Source of the DNA: a bacterium
GTDB lineage: Bacteria > Patescibacteriota > Patescibacteriia > JACPHY01
Direction of reading: 5' to 3'
NCBI GenBank assembly: GCA_030647005.1
Contig: JAUSKG010000034.1
Span: 4,050-68,049, forward strand
Length of the DNA stretch: 64,000 bases
In this document: in pieces, positions 17,833-26,865 of the stretch
Position numbering within the stretch: the stretch's first letter is position 1
Layout of the letters: every line of letters starts with the position of its first letter
Translations under genes and position numbers: made by a program
The notes under the pieces: model-generated
The model's database searches: none
The model's input: the letters and a program-made list of their open reading frames with translations, nothing else
Told to the model about the DNA's origin: nothing

Positions 17833-19443
17833 ATGGTCGCTGTCGAAACACCAAGTGATTCGTGGAAACGCGCACTCGGGCACCCCGTTCTCCAGGGGTG
17901 CGTTCTCATGGTGCTCGCGGTGATCATTGCGATCATCGTGCAGGTGCCCGGCCACTTCCCGGACCCCGACTCCTACTACCACGCCGGCATGGCGGAGCTC
18001 GCGGCGGAGGGGGTGTTCGAGCAGACGTTCCCGTGGCTCACGCTCACAAACTTCCCCGAGACCTTCGCAGACCTCCACTTCGTCTACCACCTCGTCCTCG
18101 TTCCATTCGTGAACATCTTTGGTACCGCAACGGGCCTCCGCATCGCAACGATCGCCGCGGTCGGGCTCCTCGCGATCACGTTCTCCGCACTCCTCCGCAC
18201 GCTCAACGTCCGCGGCGCGTTCTGGCTCACCGCGCTCCTCCTCGGGAGCTCGTCATTCATGCTCCGCGCGAACCTCGCAAAGTCCCAGGGGTTCGCGTTC
18301 ACTATTCTCTTCCTCGGCATGACCGCGGCAGCGAAGCGGTCGCACATCGGCATCTTCCTCGCCACGCTGTTCGCGACGTGGACCTCAAGCCACTGGCCTG
18401 TGCTCACCGTTGCGGTGTGCGCTTTTGCGCTCGCGCAGTGCGTCGTGGAGATCGTTGACGGCACCGCGCCCACGCTACGCATCGGCAAGCCGTTCCTCCG
18501 CATGTGCGGAATGATCCTCACCGCGCTCTGCGGCAATGCGGTCGCACTCATCGTCAACCCGTACTTTCCTGCGAACCTCACGATGGCGCGCGAGCAAATC
18601 CTGAACATCGCAGTCATCGGCGGCATCCCCGAGGCCATTCCCGGTGGCGAATGGGTGCCACTCTCCGTGATGGAGCTCGCCTCCGCGATCGGATTCCTCA
18701 TTCCGCTCCTCCTCATCGCCACGTACGGACTCATGGTGCTCATCATGCGGACGGTGCGTGGGACTGATGCGAACGGGCGACAGACGACCGCGTACGCGAT
18801 CGCGACCGCACTCCTCGCCGCGACGTTCTTCGCACTGACGCTCGGCGCGCGCCGCCACATCGAGTTCCTCACACCGCTCCTCATCGCCTTCATCGCCGTG
18901 GGTATCCAGCCGGCGGTCCAGTGGGCGTGGCCGCCGCGTGTCGCGATTGCCTGGCGGAGGCCGGGTGAGCTCCGACGCCCGCTCGCGACGATCATGCTCC
19001 TCGTCGCCATTGCGGGATTCACCGTGGGCGCCATCCGTGGCATCCGCGCGCAGCGCGAGCGCTTTGCCACCGGATACTCCGTGGAAACGCTCGCGGGCGC
19101 GAGCGCGTGGATTGCGGAGCACGCACCGGAAAATGCCATCATCTTCCACGCGGACTGGGATGATTTTCCCCTCCTCTTCTTCCATGACCGACGCCACCGC
19201 TACCTCGTGGGGCTCGACCCACGCTTCGCGTACTACCACAACCGCGAACGCTACCGCGAGCTCCTCGCCATTCGTGCGGGTGATATCCCCGATGGCCGCA
19301 TCGCGCAGCGCATCATCGCGGTGACGGATGCGTCCTACGCAATCGTCACCGCGGACCAACCCGAACTCACCGCGCTCCTCGATGCCGACCTCGACGCGAC
19401 GCAGGTCTACGGCGACGACGAAGCGCGTGTGTACGCATTGTAA
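17833..19443 (+). CDS. polytopic membrane protein, putative GT-C-type glycosyltransferase (PMT/ArnT-like)
   Basis: 536 aa with >10 TM helices. An early periplasmic-loop acidic motif PDPDSYYHAGMA resembles the DE/DxxY motif of the GT39/GT83 families. It sits in a glycosyltransferase cluster. Confidence 0.45.
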   Translation: MVAVETPSDSWKRALGHPVLQGCVLMVLAVIIAIIVQVPGHFPDPDSYYHAGMAELAAEGVFEQTFPWLTLTNFPETFADLHFVYHLVLVPFVNIFGTATGLRIATIAAVGLLAITFSALLRTLNVRGAFWLTALLLGSSSFMLRANLAKSQGFAFTILFLGMTAAAKRSHIGIFLATLFATWTSSHWPVLTVAVCAFALAQCVVEIVDGTAPTLRIGKPFLRMCGMILTALCGNAVALIVNPYFPANLTMAREQILNIAVIGGIPEAIPGGEWVPLSVMELASAIGFLIPLLLIATYGLMVLIMRTVRGTDANGRQTTAYAIATALLAATFFALTLGARRHIEFLTPLLIAFIAVGIQPAVQWAWPPRVAIAWRRPGELRRPLATIMLLVAIAGFTVGAIRGIRAQRERFATGYSVETLAGASAWIAEHAPENAIIFHADWDDFPLLFFHDRRHRYLVGLDPRFAYYHNRERYRELLAIRAGDIPDGRIAQRIIAVTDASYAIVTADQPELTALLDADLDATQVYGDDEARVYAL

Positions 19444-19457
19444 TCACGCACGCTCGG

Positions 19458-20312
19458 ATGCTCACCGTTATCCTCCCAGTACGGAACGAGGAGCCCATCA
19501 TCGCGGCAACCATCGAGCGACTCCTCACGTTCCTCCACGCGACGCTCCACGAGCCGTGGCGCGTTATCGTTGCTGACAATGCCTCGACGGACCGCACGCG
19601 CGATGTCGTGCGGGATGCGATAGTACACGATGGCACGCACCTCGCACTCCTCGAGCTCGATCGCCCGGGCAAGGGCCACGCGGTAATGAGCGCGTGGCGA
19701 AAAGCTGCAAGCGAAACAACAACGGCATGTCATTGCGAGCCGAATCCGAGAGGCGTGGCAATCCCGGTCATATCGGTACAAGGTGAAAGCCGGGTGCACT
19801 GCATGGCCGGGATTGCCACGTCGCGGACTCCTCGCAATGACAAACAAGGGAGTTTTGCAGAGGTCCCTCAAAATATCTTCCTCTTCCTCGATGCCGATCT
19901 CGCCACTGATCTTCGACACATCCCGGAGCTCATCGCCGCGGTGCGCAGTGGCGCGGACATCGCGGCGGCGTCGCGGTACCTCCCGGGATCGCAGACGCAC
20001 CGGAGCACCTTCCGCCACATCATCTCGCGTGCGAACGCGCTCCTCCTCCGGCTCCGGTTTGGACTCCGCATGACCGATGCGCCGTGCGGCGCGAAAGCGG
20101 TGAACGCTCGGGTGGTGCGCGACATCGTCCCGCTCATCCGGGACGACCAGTGGTTCTTTGATACGGAGCTCTGCATCCGTGCGCAGCGCGCCGGTTTCCG
20201 CATCGTTGAGATTCCGATCGCATGGCATGAACCGCGCGAGGGTGTTGCCATCGCGAAAGTCCTCAGGATCATTGTGCGCAACTGCCGGACGATCCTCCGC
20301 TCACCGCTATGA
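19458..20312 (+). CDS. GT2-family glycosyltransferase (polyprenyl-phosphate sugar synthase-like) carrying an in-frame palindromic-element insertion
   Basis: ILPVRNEEPIIAATIERL...IVADNASTDRT...GKGHA...FLFLDADL (DxD motif) is present. About 38 extra residues (TTACHCEPNPRGVAIPVISVQGESRVHCMAGIATSRTPRNDKQ) lie between the GKG and DAD motifs and are encoded by repeat copy 19729..19841. Confidence 0.8.
   Translation: MLTVILPVRNEEPIIAATIERLLTFLHATLHEPWRVIVADNASTDRTRDVVRDAIVHDGTHLALLELDRPGKGHAVMSAWRKAASETTTACHCEPNPRGVAIPVISVQGESRVHCMAGIATSRTPRNDKQGSFAEVPQNIFLFLDADLATDLRHIPELIAAVRSGADIAAASRYLPGSQTHRSTFRHIISRANALLLRLRFGLRMTDAPCGAKAVNARVVRDIVPLIRDDQWFFDTELCIRAQRAGFRIVEIPIAWHEPREGVAIAKVLRIIVRNCRTILRSPL
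19729..19841. repeat. MITE-like palindromic element copy A (GTCATTGCGAG...CTCGCAATGAC), inserted in frame in the GT2 gene
   Basis: Left arm GTCATTGCGAGCCGAATCCGAGAGGCGTGGCAATCCCGGTCAT; core ACAAGGTGAAAGCCGGGTGCACTGC; right arm ATGGCCGGGATTGCCACGTCGCGGACTCCTCGCAATGAC. The host ORF remains open across it. Confidence 0.85.
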
Positions 20313-22036
20313 CCGGCCGCACAATGCCGTTCCCCACCTGGAAAACGCTCGCACGCAGCGAGCGACGATTCGCGCTGCTCGTTGGACTCGCGCTCGTGGT
20401 CATCACCGGCCTGCCGCTCCTCTACGGCTGGAGCAACACGCCTCCGGATGCCACGTTCACCGGCCTCCAGTCCATCAACGTCGGGGACTTCTCGGTCTAC
20501 GCCTCATACATCGAGCAGGTACGCGAGGGACGCCTCCTCTTCGTCAATCGCTTCACGTCAGACCTGCCGCCATTCCCGCGCCTCCACGCGTTCTGGCTGG
20601 GTATGGGACTCATCGCGACGGTGCTCCACCTCCCCGCGATCGTGGCGTTCCATGCGGTACGCCTCGTCCTCATCATCCCGTTCGTCGCATTCCTCGCGGT
20701 GTTCGTCACGACGTTCATCGAGCGCGGCGCTGGCACCTGGAGCGCGTCCACGCTCCGGCGTATCGCACTCCTCGGCATCGCGTTTGCTGCGGGGTTTGGT
20801 GGCATCGTGCACGGACTCACCTCATACGCGACGCATGCACCGCCAGAGGAAGCGGGAGTCCTCATGGACTTGCTCGTCGCGGAGGCATTCCCGTTCACCG
20901 CGATGTACACGTCGCCGCACTTCATCGCATCGCTCTGGCTCCTCCTTGGCATCATCCTTTTGGGGTACCGTTACGCGCTGTCCGGCCACATCCGCGATGC
21001 CGTGCTCGCCGGCATCGCGGCACTCGCGCTCTTTCACATGCAGCCGTACTACGTCGTGACGATCTTCGGTGTACTCGCCGCATGGATCACCATCGAAACA
21101 ATCGTTGCGCGACGCATCCCGAAGCGCCTCGTGGCACTCACGGTGGTCGTACTCCTCATGGGTGCGCCAGCGATTGCGTACCAACTCTGGCTTATCCACG
21201 CAGACCCGATCACCGTGTGGCACCTTCGACAAAACATCCTCCCGATGCCGCGCTGGTGGGTCGTCCTCATCAGCTACGGCGCGCTCATTCCGCTCGCCAC
21301 TGCGGGAATCGTTCTACGTCTGCGCACGATGACACGCACCGATCGGCTCCTCATCGCGTGGCTCGTGGCGAATGTGGTCCTCCTTGTCACGCCGTTCCCA
21401 TGGCAGCGCAAGCTCAGCGAGGGATTTCAGGTTGCGCTCGTGCTCGCGGGTACGCCAGCGCTCGCGGCGATCCTCGCGACGCTGCGCGCGCACCTCCCGC
21501 AGCCCATCGCGCGGTACGGCTGGACGCGGCTCACGGGCGCGATCACCGCGATCGTCGTCTTCGCGCTGTCGCCAATCACCGTCGTTGGCGCGGACCTCCT
21601 CCGGTACGATCCGCGCAATGCACACACCCCCACATTCCTGTATTACTTCTTCTACCCGAATGCCACCATTGACGCAATGCACTGGATCCGCGCGCACGCG
21701 GACGAACGCGACGCGACCGTCGCGGCAAGTATTGATGGGTACTTTGTTCCGCGATACGCCGCGCGGCCCGTTGCGTACGGACACATGCACGAGACGACAA
21801 ACGCCACGGTGAAACGCGCAGCACTTCTGGATATCCTCATGGCGCGGATGTCACCCGCTGATGCACTGCTGCTCCTGCGCAATCTCAACGTCCGCTATTT
21901 TCTCGTCACCGATACCCATCGCGATGTATGGGTGCTCCATCCCACAGATCTCCCGGGGGTGCACCTCGCATACGCGAACGACGGCGCCGAGGTCTACGAG
22001 CTCGCGCCACCATCCACCGAAGAAACACCCCGATAA
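20309..22036 (+). CDS. polytopic membrane protein, hypothetical (possibly GT-C-like glycan transferase)
   Basis: 575 aa with >12 TM helices. Its start overlaps the stop of the GT2 gene (ATGA), suggesting translational coupling. Confidence 0.45.
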   Translation: MTGRTMPFPTWKTLARSERRFALLVGLALVVITGLPLLYGWSNTPPDATFTGLQSINVGDFSVYASYIEQVREGRLLFVNRFTSDLPPFPRLHAFWLGMGLIATVLHLPAIVAFHAVRLVLIIPFVAFLAVFVTTFIERGAGTWSASTLRRIALLGIAFAAGFGGIVHGLTSYATHAPPEEAGVLMDLLVAEAFPFTAMYTSPHFIASLWLLLGIILLGYRYALSGHIRDAVLAGIAALALFHMQPYYVVTIFGVLAAWITIETIVARRIPKRLVALTVVVLLMGAPAIAYQLWLIHADPITVWHLRQNILPMPRWWVVLISYGALIPLATAGIVLRLRTMTRTDRLLIAWLVANVVLLVTPFPWQRKLSEGFQVALVLAGTPALAAILATLRAHLPQPIARYGWTRLTGAITAIVVFALSPITVVGADLLRYDPRNAHTPTFLYYFFYPNATIDAMHWIRAHADERDATVAASIDGYFVPRYAARPVAYGHMHETTNATVKRAALLDILMARMSPADALLLLRNLNVRYFLVTDTHRDVWVLHPTDLPGVHLAYANDGAEVYELAPPSTEETPR

Positions 22037-22039
22037 CGT

Positions 22040-23335
22040 ATGCGCTTCCCATCTCCCATAAGAACAATAACCATCATCGTCCCGAGCTTCAATGAGATAC
22101 GCACCATCGCACGCATCTACGATGCGCTCGTACGCTTGCGCCTCGCGGTGGATAACAACGAGATTGAAAAAAGTATCCTTTTTGTTGACGATGGATCAAC
22201 TGACGGAACACGAGAGTGGATCACGCACACGCTTGCGGATGCCCGTTGTGACGGTTCGATTCGCCTCCTCACGCATCCGACAAACCGCGGCAAGGGTGCC
22301 GCCATCCGCACTGCGCTGGAACATGCACATGGGGACTACATCATCATCCAGGATGCCGATCTCGAATATGATCCGCAGGACATCCAGACACTCGTCACTG
22401 CAGCGCATCTGACTCATGCCCCCGCCATCTACGGGTCTCGCGACAAGGACATCGTGAATGCGTGCTCCAGTAAGACGTTCCTCTGGGGCAATCGCATACT
22501 CACCCTTCTGACAAACCTCCTGTTTCGACAACGTCTCACCGATGTTGAAACGTGCTATAAGCTCATCAATACGCAGCTCTATACATTCCTAGATCTCCGA
22601 GAGCACGGTTTTGGCACCGAAATCGAGGTGACGGCAAAAATCGCGACGCTCGGCATCACCATCCCGGAGGTTTCCATCACCTACACGCCGCGCTCGTACC
22701 ATGAGGGAAAAAAGATTCGTGTGCGGGATGGCGTTCGAGCAGTGCTATTACTCGTGAAGTACAGAGTGTCCGATCTCCATTACGGTCCTTTAGATCTCTG
22801 CATCCGCGCATGGCGGGAACGAGCGCTCTGGCGCGTCTTCGCGCCGCACGCATCCGCAACCGTACTCGATGTCGGTTGCGGACGACAAGCATCGCTCGCA
22901 TGGAAGTTGCGCACACGGGTTTCCACGTACACAGGCGTTGATCCTGATGTCCGTCCTGCACAGTACCGGAATGTCCGCATCCTCCGCACTCCAGCCGAGC
23001 AAATGGTGGCGCAATTGGACGGCGAGACATTTGACACCATCATTGCGCTTGCTGTCCTTGAGCATCTCGATGACCCGGATCATTTCCTACACGAATGCCG
23101 AACACTCCTCAAGAACAACGGATGCCTCATCCTCACCACTCCAACACCGCGAGCGCAACCCATACTCCACCTCCTTGCGTTCCTTCGCCTCATTGATGCC
23201 CATGAGATTGAGGAACATAAAACACTCTTCCATCCCCGCGAGCTCCACGAGATGCTCCGGCGAGCGGGATATTCCTCCGTCCGAGTACGGCCGTTCCTCT
23301 TTGGATACAACTGCTGCTATGTTGCAACGCGCTAA
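22040..23335 (+). CDS. bifunctional GT2 glycosyltransferase / class I SAM-dependent methyltransferase fusion
   Basis: N-terminus IIVPSFNEIRTI...FVDDGSTDGT...IIQDADLEYDP (GT2). C-terminus VLDVGCGRQ...LKNNGCLILTTP (methyltransferase motifs I and post-I). Confidence 0.7.
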   Translation: MRFPSPIRTITIIVPSFNEIRTIARIYDALVRLRLAVDNNEIEKSILFVDDGSTDGTREWITHTLADARCDGSIRLLTHPTNRGKGAAIRTALEHAHGDYIIIQDADLEYDPQDIQTLVTAAHLTHAPAIYGSRDKDIVNACSSKTFLWGNRILTLLTNLLFRQRLTDVETCYKLINTQLYTFLDLREHGFGTEIEVTAKIATLGITIPEVSITYTPRSYHEGKKIRVRDGVRAVLLLVKYRVSDLHYGPLDLCIRAWRERALWRVFAPHASATVLDVGCGRQASLAWKLRTRVSTYTGVDPDVRPAQYRNVRILRTPAEQMVAQLDGETFDTIIALAVLEHLDDPDHFLHECRTLLKNNGCLILTTPTPRAQPILHLLAFLRLIDAHEIEEHKTLFHPRELHEMLRRAGYSSVRVRPFLFGYNCCYVATR

Positions 23336-24653
23336 AGGATTCTTCGCACATCTCTCAACTCGCGCCGACCGGTACCTCCCCGGACTCTTCCGCAGGGGGA
23401 CACCTCCACGCATGTTCGTCGAGATCATCGTGCTCGCGGTCAGCATCCTGTCACTCTTCTTTGTGACGCTCCATACAAACTTCTCCATCACTTCACAACA
23501 ACAGTTCGCGCACCTCGCACAGTCGTTCCTCCAGGGTGTCGCCTATTTTCTCAATCCATTCTTTGACGCACCCGGAGAAACCCTCATTGATACGGTCTTC
23601 ATCCACGGACGGTACTACTGGCCACTGAGCCCACTTCCAGCGATCCTGCTCATGCCGTTTGTCCACGTTGCGAGTGTGTTCCATGGATTCTTCCTCCAGG
23701 GATATCTCCAATTCTTCCTCACACTGGGGATTTTCATGCTCTGCGTTTCCATCGCACGGCACTGGTCATACTCGCATCGAGATGCGCTGTGGCTCGCATT
23801 CGCATTTGTCTTTGCCTCAACGTACCACCTCGTTGCGTTCGTATCACACAGCTGGTACTTCGTTCAGGCCATCGCGGTGTTCTTTACACTCTTCGCAATC
23901 CAGGAATGGCTTGGCAGGAGACGGTGGTGGATGATTGGCATCGCGTGCGCACTCGTTTTTGCAAGTAGAGTGACTGCGGGTGTGGGCGTGCTCTTCTTCG
24001 TGGGCGATATCCTGTTCCAAAGCAGTCGTCTCCCATCCCGAAAACAGTACGTCTCCCTCGCACAGCTTCTCGTACCCATCTTCCTCGCGGGCGTGCTGCT
24101 CCTCGGATACAATGCTGTCCGCTTTGGGACGATATTCGAAAACGGCTACCGCTTAGCCAATGCGAGCACCGCAACCGCCGAGGACCGCTACGAGTTGCTG
24201 CACTACGGCCTCTTCCGTATCGAGAATATTCCGACGAATCTCTACTACTACTTCGTCAGGTCATTGGATCCTGTCACGCTTCCCATTGCAACGAGCTCCA
24301 GAAGAACGTACCACCTCACCGCACCGTACGTCACCGTCGGAGACCCGGGCGTGAGCTTCTTTGTGACGGCACCCATCTTCCTCTACCTGTTCTCAAGGAA
24401 AACGAGACAATCACTTCGCGAGGAGCGCTCGGTGCGCCTGGCGGCGATGACCGTTGTTCCCATCCTCCTGTTACTCCTCCTGTACTACTGGCCGGGATGG
24501 ACGCAGGTCGGACCGCGCTATATGCTTGACCTCCTTCCGTATCTCTTTCTCGTACTCCTTGCATCGTTCCACAACTACCGCCTCCCTGCTTTCGCAAGGA
24601 TCCTCATCATCTGCAGTGCTGCGCTCAACCTCTTTCTCACGATACATTTCTGA
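23319..24653 (+). CDS. polytopic membrane protein, hypothetical
   Basis: Start MLQRAKGFF overlaps the stop of the preceding gene. ~444 aa with many TM helices. The track ORF start at 22869 is an upstream extension inside the previous gene. Confidence 0.45.
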   Translation: MLQRAKGFFAHLSTRADRYLPGLFRRGTPPRMFVEIIVLAVSILSLFFVTLHTNFSITSQQQFAHLAQSFLQGVAYFLNPFFDAPGETLIDTVFIHGRYYWPLSPLPAILLMPFVHVASVFHGFFLQGYLQFFLTLGIFMLCVSIARHWSYSHRDALWLAFAFVFASTYHLVAFVSHSWYFVQAIAVFFTLFAIQEWLGRRRWWMIGIACALVFASRVTAGVGVLFFVGDILFQSSRLPSRKQYVSLAQLLVPIFLAGVLLLGYNAVRFGTIFENGYRLANASTATAEDRYELLHYGLFRIENIPTNLYYYFVRSLDPVTLPIATSSRRTYHLTAPYVTVGDPGVSFFVTAPIFLYLFSRKTRQSLREERSVRLAAMTVVPILLLLLLYYWPGWTQVGPRYMLDLLPYLFLVLLASFHNYRLPAFARILIICSAALNLFLTIHF

Positions 24654-24675
24654 AGGACATGACCGGCATCGTGCT

Positions 24676-26457
24676 CTAAGGTGCCGCCTCTACCTCGCGC
24701 AGCGGCCCGATGATGCGGTGCGTGATGCGCTCTGCGGGCGTGAAGAGTTCGAGCGGGGGTGCGGGGCCGTCCGCGCCGCGCGCGAGGAGGAACACGCCAT
24801 CGCGCTCCGCAGCAACGCGGAACCCGCCATCCTCGAGAAGACGCGCCAACCGTGCTGGCGCGTCCGCGGCGTAGGGCTTGGTCCAGGAAACGTGGAGGAG
24901 CGCGGTGTACTCCTCCGCCATGTCCGCAATGACTGCGAGGACGTGCGTCGTTTGGGACGGAAGCACATACGGCGCGAACGCGTACTGCTGCTGGCCGAGT
25001 GCAGCGTTCGGGAGGTACGTCGTGCCGCGACGCGCGGCGACGCGCGTGATGACGGACGCGCTCGCGGAGATGACCGCGTTGTCGGGTACTGCGGCGAGGA
25101 GCACATCCGTGGCCTGCGCCTGCACGCGCTGCGTATCCGTTGCACCGAAGACCGCGGCGCGTGCGATGCCTGGGAATGGGCCGAGAAGAAACGCGACGGC
25201 GATATATGCGCTCACGCCAAGCATCATCGCAGCGCGGTGTGGGAGCGGGAACCAGTGTCCGAAGAATGTAGCGACGCGGCCTCCATACCACCCCCCTGTA
25301 TCCCCCCTCTGGAAGAGGGGGGAGCGGAGTGTGGCGAGCACGAGCGCGGGGACAAAGAGGAGCCCGTAGTGCATCTGCACCATGAGGTTGGAGCCGCCGC
25401 TCGCCGTGAGGAGCACCTGGGCCGCCGGCGGCAACGCGAGGAGAAACCACGCGGGCGCGAGGAACGGAAGGAACAAAAACGGAAGAAGAAGCCCGAGTAC
25501 GAAATCGAGATTCGAGAGACGCAGGAGGTGCTGCGCAACGAGCACGGGATGTCCAATGGTGTTCACGATCACCTCACCGAACGACTCGCCGAGCCATCCG
25601 TAGTACACGAGGAACGGGTACGCGCCCGCCGGACTATGTACTGCCGCGATGCGCGTTGCGATGGAGAACCACGCGATGCCCAGGAGGAGAGGTAAGAGCA
25701 TCCAGTACCACTTCTTGCTGTCATTGCGAGGAGTCCGCGACGCGGCAATCCCGGTCATAGGGGTTACGCAACGGTCACGCGCATTGGCCGAGATTGCCAC
25801 GCCTCGCGGACTTGGCTCGCAATGACAGAGGCGTGAGGAGAAGGAGGAAAATCGTAAAACAATCGCCACCACCCCAAACATCATCGCGATGAGCGCGATG
25901 TCCTCCCGTACGAACAGCGCGAGTATGAGAAACAGGATGAACGGCAAGAAGCGACGTTGCAGGAAAAAGTACCCCGCACTCAAAAGGAGAACGGGCGCGA
26001 ACGCGAGCGCGTGGAACTCGAAGAGTGCGGCGTTCCAAAACAGCGGATTCCCGAGCCAGAGCGCGGTGAGGAGCAGTGACCATCGTGACCGACGGAGCAA
26101 CGCGTACACTGGCACCGCAGTGAGTCCGAGCACGAGTGCCTGCACGATGACGAGGAGCCGCGCATCCGACCACACCCGGAAGATCGGTATGAGCAAGAGT
26201 AGCACGGGCTCCACGTGATCACCGAGGTAGCTGTGCTGCTGGATGTCCGACCACCACCCATTGCCGGCCGCGAGGTTCGCGAGCACGTTCGTGTAGATCG
26301 CGAGGTCGAGCCCGTTGTAGAGCAGGTACCGATACTTGAAGAAACCCACCGCGCTCACCGCGAGCGTGAAGAGCGCGATCATGCCCGCGAGCGCGAGGCG
26401 GCGCAACGTGATGGTCATCCATGGAGCATCTGCATCATGTTGATGAGGTTGTGTCAT
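24676..26457 (-). CDS. DUF2079-like polytopic membrane protein with in-frame palindromic-element insertion
   Basis: 593 aa, N-terminal half multi-TM. The internal segment CHCEPSPRGVAISANARDRCVTPMTGIAASRTPRNDSKK is encoded by repeat copy 25720..25826. Confidence 0.5.
   Translation of the reverse strand: MTQPHQHDADAPWMTITLRRLALAGMIALFTLAVSAVGFFKYRYLLYNGLDLAIYTNVLANLAAGNGWWSDIQQHSYLGDHVEPVLLLLIPIFRVWSDARLLVIVQALVLGLTAVPVYALLRRSRWSLLLTALWLGNPLFWNAALFEFHALAFAPVLLLSAGYFFLQRRFLPFILFLILALFVREDIALIAMMFGVVAIVLRFSSFSSRLCHCEPSPRGVAISANARDRCVTPMTGIAASRTPRNDSKKWYWMLLPLLLGIAWFSIATRIAAVHSPAGAYPFLVYYGWLGESFGEVIVNTIGHPVLVAQHLLRLSNLDFVLGLLLPFLFLPFLAPAWFLLALPPAAQVLLTASGGSNLMVQMHYGLLFVPALVLATLRSPLFQRGDTGGWYGGRVATFFGHWFPLPHRAAMMLGVSAYIAVAFLLGPFPGIARAAVFGATDTQRVQAQATDVLLAAVPDNAVISASASVITRVAARRGTTYLPNAALGQQQYAFAPYVLPSQTTHVLAVIADMAEEYTALLHVSWTKPYAADAPARLARLLEDGGFRVAAERDGVFLLARGADGPAPPLELFTPAERITHRIIGPLREVEAAP
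25720..25826. repeat. MITE-like palindromic element copy B, inserted in frame in the DUF2079-like gene
   Basis: GTCATTGCGAGGAGTCCGCGACGCGGCAATCCCGGTCAT ... ATTGGCCGAGATTGCCACGCCTCGCGGACTTGGCTCGCAATGAC. Confidence 0.85.
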
Positions 26458-26477
26458 AGGTCGCGCTGACGATGGAC

Positions 26478-26499
26478 GGGAGGGGGTAAACCCCTCCCC
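26478..26499. repeat. GC hairpin repeat GGGAGGGGGTAAACCCCTCCCC (copy; others at 40624..40650 and 60682..60708)
   Basis: Perfect 9-bp stem with TAAA loop, directly abutting MITE copy C. Confidence 0.5.
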
Positions 26500-26508
26500 T
26501 ACGGTGCT

Positions 26509-26625
26509 GTCATTGCGAGGAACGAGTCAGCGAGAGACGCGGCAATCCTGGTCGTGCAGGGTACCCGACTTTCACCTTGTACTGGTATAACCGGGATTGC
26601 CGCGTCGCCGACTCCTCGCAATGAC
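26509..26625. repeat. MITE-like palindromic element copy C (intergenic, full length with core)
   Basis: Termini GTCATTGCGAGG...CTCGCAATGAC. The core GTACAAGGTGAAAGTCGGGTACCCTGCAC is present in reverse orientation. Confidence 0.85.
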
Positions 26626-26709
26626 AGAAGTGTGGTTGTGGTGCAGAGTCCATTTTACTGTTAACTGAGCATTAATCTTGATATTCTCCATCAAACTGTC
26701 AAACCCTAT

Positions 26710-26738
26710 TGACAATGTAGCATATTTCTGCTACGGTG
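26710..26738 (+). promoter_or_regulatory. putative promoter TTGACA-17-TACGGT upstream of the lipoprotein operon
   Basis: Perfect -35, 17-nt spacer, TANNNT-type -10. It lies in a locally AT-richer stretch ~125 nt upstream of the 26866 start. Confidence 0.35.
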
Positions 26739-26865
26739 AGACATCCTGATGCGTCAGAATGGAGCATTGGGAATGGCACCTTTCCAAGTACCAACACCCA
26801 TATTGTAGCGCGTGAGATACCTCGTCACGTCATCCCTCGGGATAACGGAGAAAGGAGCAACGGAG

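Noticed and set aside
22869-23318. Upstream 150-codon extension of the 23319..24653 membrane-protein ORF
   Set aside because: The extension lies inside the methyltransferase domain of the preceding gene in another frame. An ATG overlapping that gene's stop gives a sensible hydrophobic N-terminus.
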